A stretch of DNA of 28,563 nucleotides from a virus (lineage: Duplodnaviria > Caudoviricetes), in the IMG/VR virus record IMGVR_UViG_3300020431_000026, positions 1-28,563 of that record; one strand, 5' to 3'. Shown here piece by piece: positions 25,054 through 28,563 of the stretch (the stretch's first letter is position 1; every line of letters starts with the position of its first letter). The translations under genes and the position numbers were made by a program. The notes below the pieces were generated by a model, which was not told the origin of the DNA, made no database searches, and saw only the letters and a list, made by a program, of their open reading frames with translations.

Positions 25054-25722
25054 ATGAAAAAAGTTATTCTTTCCACATTGCTAGCGCTATCTCTAGGTGG
25101 AACAATAGTTGAAGCAAAACCTACAAAAGGTTACAATACCATGGATTCTATGGGTTGTATGATGTTGCGTGAGTGTACTGATGGAGTTTTCAAAATCAAT
25201 TCACTTTTAGATATATCATCAGAGTATGAAAATACAGAAGAATTCACTTTTATTTCTTCTGAGTTCAATAATATGATTAGTTCATTGAATGATGTAGGTG
25301 TTAATGTATATCTTGCTGATGAAAAGTATTTTCCAAAAATGCATCGTGGTGTATACCATACAGTTGGAAATAATTTCTTCCTGAACAGGAATTATATGAA
25401 TGATCCTAGTGCATTAATGATGGTAATGCGTCATGAAGGATGGCACGCTGCACAAGATTGTATGGCAGGTACTATCAACAATTCACTCATTGCTATTATT
25501 AAACCAGAGGATGAAGTTCCTATGTTATGGCGTGTGATGGTAGAGCGTACTTATCCTGCTAATGCTGTGCCATGGGAAGCAGAAGCACAGTGGGCAGGTA
25601 GAACAGAGAACATGACAATGAATGCTCTTGCAGCATGTGCTAATGGGAACATGTGGGAAGTTTATGAACCAACTCCTTTGACACGTAAGTATCTGGTAGA
25701 ATCTGGGTATATTGAAGAGTAA
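25054..25722 (+). CDS. Signal-peptide-bearing HExxH metalloprotease-like protein (222 aa)
   Basis: MKK + hydrophobic core + VEA signal; MRHEGWHAAQ and a downstream WEAEA third-ligand candidate. Confidence 0.7.
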   Translation: MKKVILSTLLALSLGGTIVEAKPTKGYNTMDSMGCMMLRECTDGVFKINSLLDISSEYENTEEFTFISSEFNNMISSLNDVGVNVYLADEKYFPKMHRGVYHTVGNNFFLNRNYMNDPSALMMVMRHEGWHAAQDCMAGTINNSLIAIIKPEDEVPMLWRVMVERTYPANAVPWEAEAQWAGRTENMTMNALAACANGNMWEVYEPTPLTRKYLVESGYIEE

Positions 25723-25916
25723 TGTTTCCAATATTTGTTGAAGATCCTAATACATGGCAGAGAGTAAGAGTTCCTGACACTATTGTGAAAGAGTGTTCAG
25801 AAATTATAAAATTCAATCCATATAATGATAAGTCAACTGAGGAATTAAAACTGATTGATTGTTACTGGTACAAAATGGGGTACTATGATAGTCCATCAAT
25901 TTTGTCAGTATTTTGA
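25722..25916 (+). CDS. Hypothetical protein (64 aa)
   Basis: TAATG translational coupling. Confidence 0.6.
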   Translation: MFPIFVEDPNTWQRVRVPDTIVKECSEIIKFNPYNDKSTEELKLIDCYWYKMGYYDSPSILSVF

Positions 25917-25918
25917 TC

Positions 25919-26122
25919 ATGTGGAGACTATGGGCAAAAGCATTAGGTCAAAAAGAAGGAAGAGATCATAAAGAAGCAGATAAAATTGCCATCATTAGAT
26001 CTCTTATTATGTTGCAGTTGGTAATAACAAATATGTTTATTATATCAGGAAACGTTAAAAATCTATTCTTTGATACTAAATATACTGATTGTCCAATCAC
26101 CCAACTGTCCACTACCCCTTGA
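25919..26122 (+). CDS. Small membrane-associated hypothetical protein (probable start ATG 25919)
   Basis: MWRLWAKALGQK.G....EAD.IA.IR followed by a hydrophobic segment. Confidence 0.65.
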   Translation: MWRLWAKALGQKEGRDHKEADKIAIIRSLIMLQLVITNMFIISGNVKNLFFDTKYTDCPITQLSTTP

Positions 26123-26147
26123 CTCTGTAGAGCATATACTCTATTAT
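26090..26147 (+). promoter_or_regulatory. Early promoter with upstream bipartite motif
   Basis: TGTCCA-N7-AACTGTCCAC (26090-26112), then TTGACT (26119-26124), 17-nt spacer, TATTAT (26142-26147). Confidence 0.8.
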
Positions 26148-26175
26148 AGTTGAGTAACCAATAGGAGTGCTTCCA

Positions 26176-26346
26176 ATGACCTTCACTGCGTATCCTCAAA
26201 AGTCAAAGTTTCGAGTTACATTAGAAATTGATGCCATGGATGACTTTAATCCACATAACATTGACTGGGAAAAGGTTCTAGATGTTCAAGGTAATGAGAA
26301 TGTAACTGCCTATATTGAAGATCTTAGCACTCCTGATAGGTGGTGA
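26176..26346 (+). CDS. Hypothetical protein (56 aa; not in the ORF track)
   Basis: AGGAG ribosome-binding site; MTFTAYPQKSKFRVTLEIDAMDDFNPHNIDWEKVL... Confidence 0.7.
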   Translation: MTFTAYPQKSKFRVTLEIDAMDDFNPHNIDWEKVLDVQGNENVTAYIEDLSTPDRW

Positions 26347-26358
26347 TTTAGTCAATTT

Positions 26359-26397
26359 TGGTGGATAATAAATAATAATACGATTTAATATCCACCA
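26359..26397 (+). promoter_or_regulatory. Late promoter (TAAATA 26369-26374) inside an inverted repeat that reaches the next start codon
   Basis: TGGTGGATA (26359-26367) is the exact reverse complement of TATCCACCA (26389-26397). Confidence 0.7.
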
Positions 26398-26588
26398 TGG
26401 CGTACCATATCACTAGACCTGAAGCAATTAATTCCTCAAAAACAGTCTATTATACTGGAGGAAATGTATGGAGTGATGATGCATCACTGAAAAAATCTTA
26501 TTCCAGTAAAGCAAAAGCAGATGCTGTTATTGTTAATCCAGATGGAAAAAATGGTGGATTCAAAAATGCTACTGTGGTATCAGGATGA
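26397..26588 (+). CDS. Small late hypothetical protein (63 aa)
   Basis: Directly behind the late promoter; VYY.GG..WS. Confidence 0.7.
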   Translation: MAYHITRPEAINSSKTVYYTGGNVWSDDASLKKSYSSKAKADAVIVNPDGKNGGFKNATVVSG

Positions 26589-27226
26589 AGACCTTCAATC
26601 AATTCATTGCAGAAGCAGTATATGATCCAGAGATTCAAGGAAGATCTCAGATCAAACAAACTGGTGCTGATGGTAGAAAAGAACCTAAAAGAGATACTGA
26701 TAGTAGACGTAGACCTGGTGTAAAACCTAGAGTAAAAGCAACTGGTGGTGGTCAGTCTTCTTCTGTTGGTGAATATAAGACTAGAAAAGATGTAGGTTCT
26801 ACAAAATCAAAGAGTGATACTGTTCAACAACCTGAGAAAGAGAGAGGTAGTTCAGAAGTTAAACAATCCTATGCTGATAAAGTAAAAGCAGAAAGAAAGA
26901 AAGCAGCACAAGCAAGAGCGGCAGCACGTAAATCTGGTGGTGAGGTCAAAAAAACAACTACATCTTCTAAGGATGCTGATAAAACAGCATCTAGTCTTTT
27001 GAAAAAGAAAGAGACTAAAAAAGTTGATCCTTCTTATAAACCAAGAGAAGCATCAGGATATACCAGACCTGAGAGAATGAAGATTACTAGAGCAGGTGAA
27101 CGTGAACTGAAAGGTATCATGAAAGACCAAGAAACTGAAAAATATAAGAAAGCAACTGGTCAAAATCCTGATAAGAAAGGTAAGTCTAAAATTTTGGGTA
27201 GAGTGCATAAGAGGATGTCAACATGA
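26585..27226 (+). CDS. Basic, low-complexity putative internal head protein (213 aa)
   Basis: N-terminus MKTFNQFIAE resembles the T4 capsid targeting sequence MKTYQEFIAE; Lys/Arg-rich. Confidence 0.65.
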   Translation: MKTFNQFIAEAVYDPEIQGRSQIKQTGADGRKEPKRDTDSRRRPGVKPRVKATGGGQSSSVGEYKTRKDVGSTKSKSDTVQQPEKERGSSEVKQSYADKVKAERKKAAQARAAARKSGGEVKKTTTSSKDADKTASSLLKKKETKKVDPSYKPREASGYTRPERMKITRAGERELKGIMKDQETEKYKKATGQNPDKKGKSKILGRVHKRMST

Positions 27227-27939
27227 AGTCATTTGCTAATTTTATCCAAGAAGCAAGAACTGCTGATGAAATAGCAGCAGATGCTAGACAGGCAAATTTA
27301 GAAAGACAGACAGATGCTAAAAAGAGATTGCGTGCTAAAAGAGATGCAATTAAAGTAAATACTGCCGCTAGATTAGGTGCTGGTGCATCCCATAATGAAG
27401 AAACTGTTCTAGAATATGCTGGTCAAGCAATCAGTAATACCACACCTGGTGGTAGTTCTGGAACCAGAGATGATATGGAGACAAAGAAACCACAACCATC
27501 ATTACTTGCTAAGATTAGAGGTAAACAGAATGCTAAGAAAGCATCTAATAGTGTTGCCAAACAAGCAGGACAATCTGTAAAAAATGCTACTGATAATACA
27601 GCAGGAACAGGTTCACAAAGAAAACCACAAACTTATAGACAAGCAAATAAAACTGCCTCTGCTAAACCTGAAAAAGGTGGAGCAATCACCAAAACTGGTG
27701 ATAACAAATCATCAACAATTGCTGCCAAGAAACCTATTGCTCAACCTGTTCAAAAAGCAAAGGTGAAAGTGCATTCAGGCAGACCTCAGTTAGGTTCAGC
27801 ACAGAGACCTGATCTTGCTGGTGCTAAACCAAGACCACAGATTGCTGCTGCTCCACAACAGAAACAGATTGCTGGCAGTAGTGCTAAGAAACTGCCTGCA
27901 AATCCTCAGAGGAAAGCATTACCTCAGGCAAGGAGTTAA
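27223..27939 (+). CDS. Basic, low-complexity putative internal head protein (238 aa)
   Basis: N-terminus MKSFANFIQE; Ala/Lys/Gln/Pro-rich; ATGA coupling. Confidence 0.6.
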   Translation: MKSFANFIQEARTADEIAADARQANLERQTDAKKRLRAKRDAIKVNTAARLGAGASHNEETVLEYAGQAISNTTPGGSSGTRDDMETKKPQPSLLAKIRGKQNAKKASNSVAKQAGQSVKNATDNTAGTGSQRKPQTYRQANKTASAKPEKGGAITKTGDNKSSTIAAKKPIAQPVQKAKVKVHSGRPQLGSAQRPDLAGAKPRPQIAAAPQQKQIAGSSAKKLPANPQRKALPQARS

Positions 27940-27951
27940 AGTTAGTAACCT
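27937..27951 (+). repeat. 15-bp direct repeat TAAAGTTAGTAACCT, copy 1
   Basis: Identical to 28547..28561; begins with the stop codon of the upstream gene. Confidence 0.8.
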
Positions 27952-27985
27952 GTAAAGGTCATCAATAGTAACTTAACCTTACATC

Positions 27986-28549
27986 ATGACTACTTTTGTT
28001 TGTAAAGGTGCTTGGAAGGACCATAGAGGTGCTAGGCATAACTTTGAGATAGAATCTGATAGAGCAGAGCGTAAGTTTGTTAAAGAACTTGTTGCTGCTC
28101 AATATCCATGTGAAGAAAAAGATGTTATTATTATTTCAGTGAGACAACCACAATCTCCACATATTGCTAACTTTCAAGGATATGAAAGACAGACAATTGA
28201 TAACTCTGAATCTACACCATTAATGTCTGGGACTGTTGGTAATGCTGTAGGAAGTGTTGCTAATAGTAATAGTGGAGGAGTCCAAGTGTTTGGATTACTT
28301 TTCTTAGGATTTCTCTGCTTTATTATCTACATGTCTGCTCCTGTGATTGCATTTGTGGGTGCTGGTGGATTAGCATTCAAAGTAACTAAGAATCACACTC
28401 ATGGGTTGCAATGGTTTAAGAGAACTGGTATAATACTATTAACAACTGGTCTTGCCTCAATGATAAGTTTTCATGGAACTATGGAAACAAAGAATAGTTT
28501 AGAAACTTGGTGGAATAATATTGAAACAGAGCAAGTATCATATGAATAA
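27986..28549 (+). CDS. Hypothetical membrane protein (187 aa)
   Basis: Soluble N-terminal part, then 2-3 hydrophobic segments. Confidence 0.7.
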   Translation: MTTFVCKGAWKDHRGARHNFEIESDRAERKFVKELVAAQYPCEEKDVIIISVRQPQSPHIANFQGYERQTIDNSESTPLMSGTVGNAVGSVANSNSGGVQVFGLLFLGFLCFIIYMSAPVIAFVGAGGLAFKVTKNHTHGLQWFKRTGIILLTTGLASMISFHGTMETKNSLETWWNNIETEQVSYE

Positions 28550-28561
28550 AGTTAGTAACCT
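28547..28561 (+). repeat. 15-bp direct repeat TAAAGTTAGTAACCT, copy 2
   Basis: Identical to 27937..27951; begins with the stop codon of 27986..28549. Confidence 0.8.
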
Positions 28562-28563
28562 CT

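Noticed and set aside
22026-26199. Minus-strand ORFs at 22026, 23116, 24534, 25525 and 25966
   Set aside because: The + strand is fully tiled by coupled small ORFs with promoters, including several under 60 aa missed by the track

Overview
AT-rich window with all credible genes on the + strand. It looks like a T4-like marine cyanophage (Kyanoviridae-type myovirus); the taxon is inferred from gene content and promoter motifs, not from a database search. Bases 1-21.9 kb are a hypervariable virion-fibre/adhesin island of about eight modules, each starting at its own T4-type late promoter (TAAATA, often extended to TAAATAACTAAAAAG). The modules combine short fibre 'stalk' proteins sharing an N-terminal/neck segment with different tip domains: Gly-rich adhesins, three tandem 7-repeat putative beta-propellers, a 464-aa and a 650-aa tip protein, and tail-assembly-chaperone-like genes. 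A self-contained pair of 2OG-Fe(II) oxygenases with its own sigma70 promoter and terminator is embedded in the island. An 83-bp promoter/stem-loop element occurs twice and brackets the last 4.5 kb. Bases 22-28.5 kb are small early-type hypothetical genes under sigma70 promoters, including a CP12-like protein and two HExxH proteins. They also include a late operon whose first start codon is covered by a hairpin and which encodes two basic proteins with T4 capsid-targeting-like N-termini, and the apparent start of a repeat-delimited gene-cassette array. No tRNA, CRISPR array, integrase or reverse transcriptase was seen.
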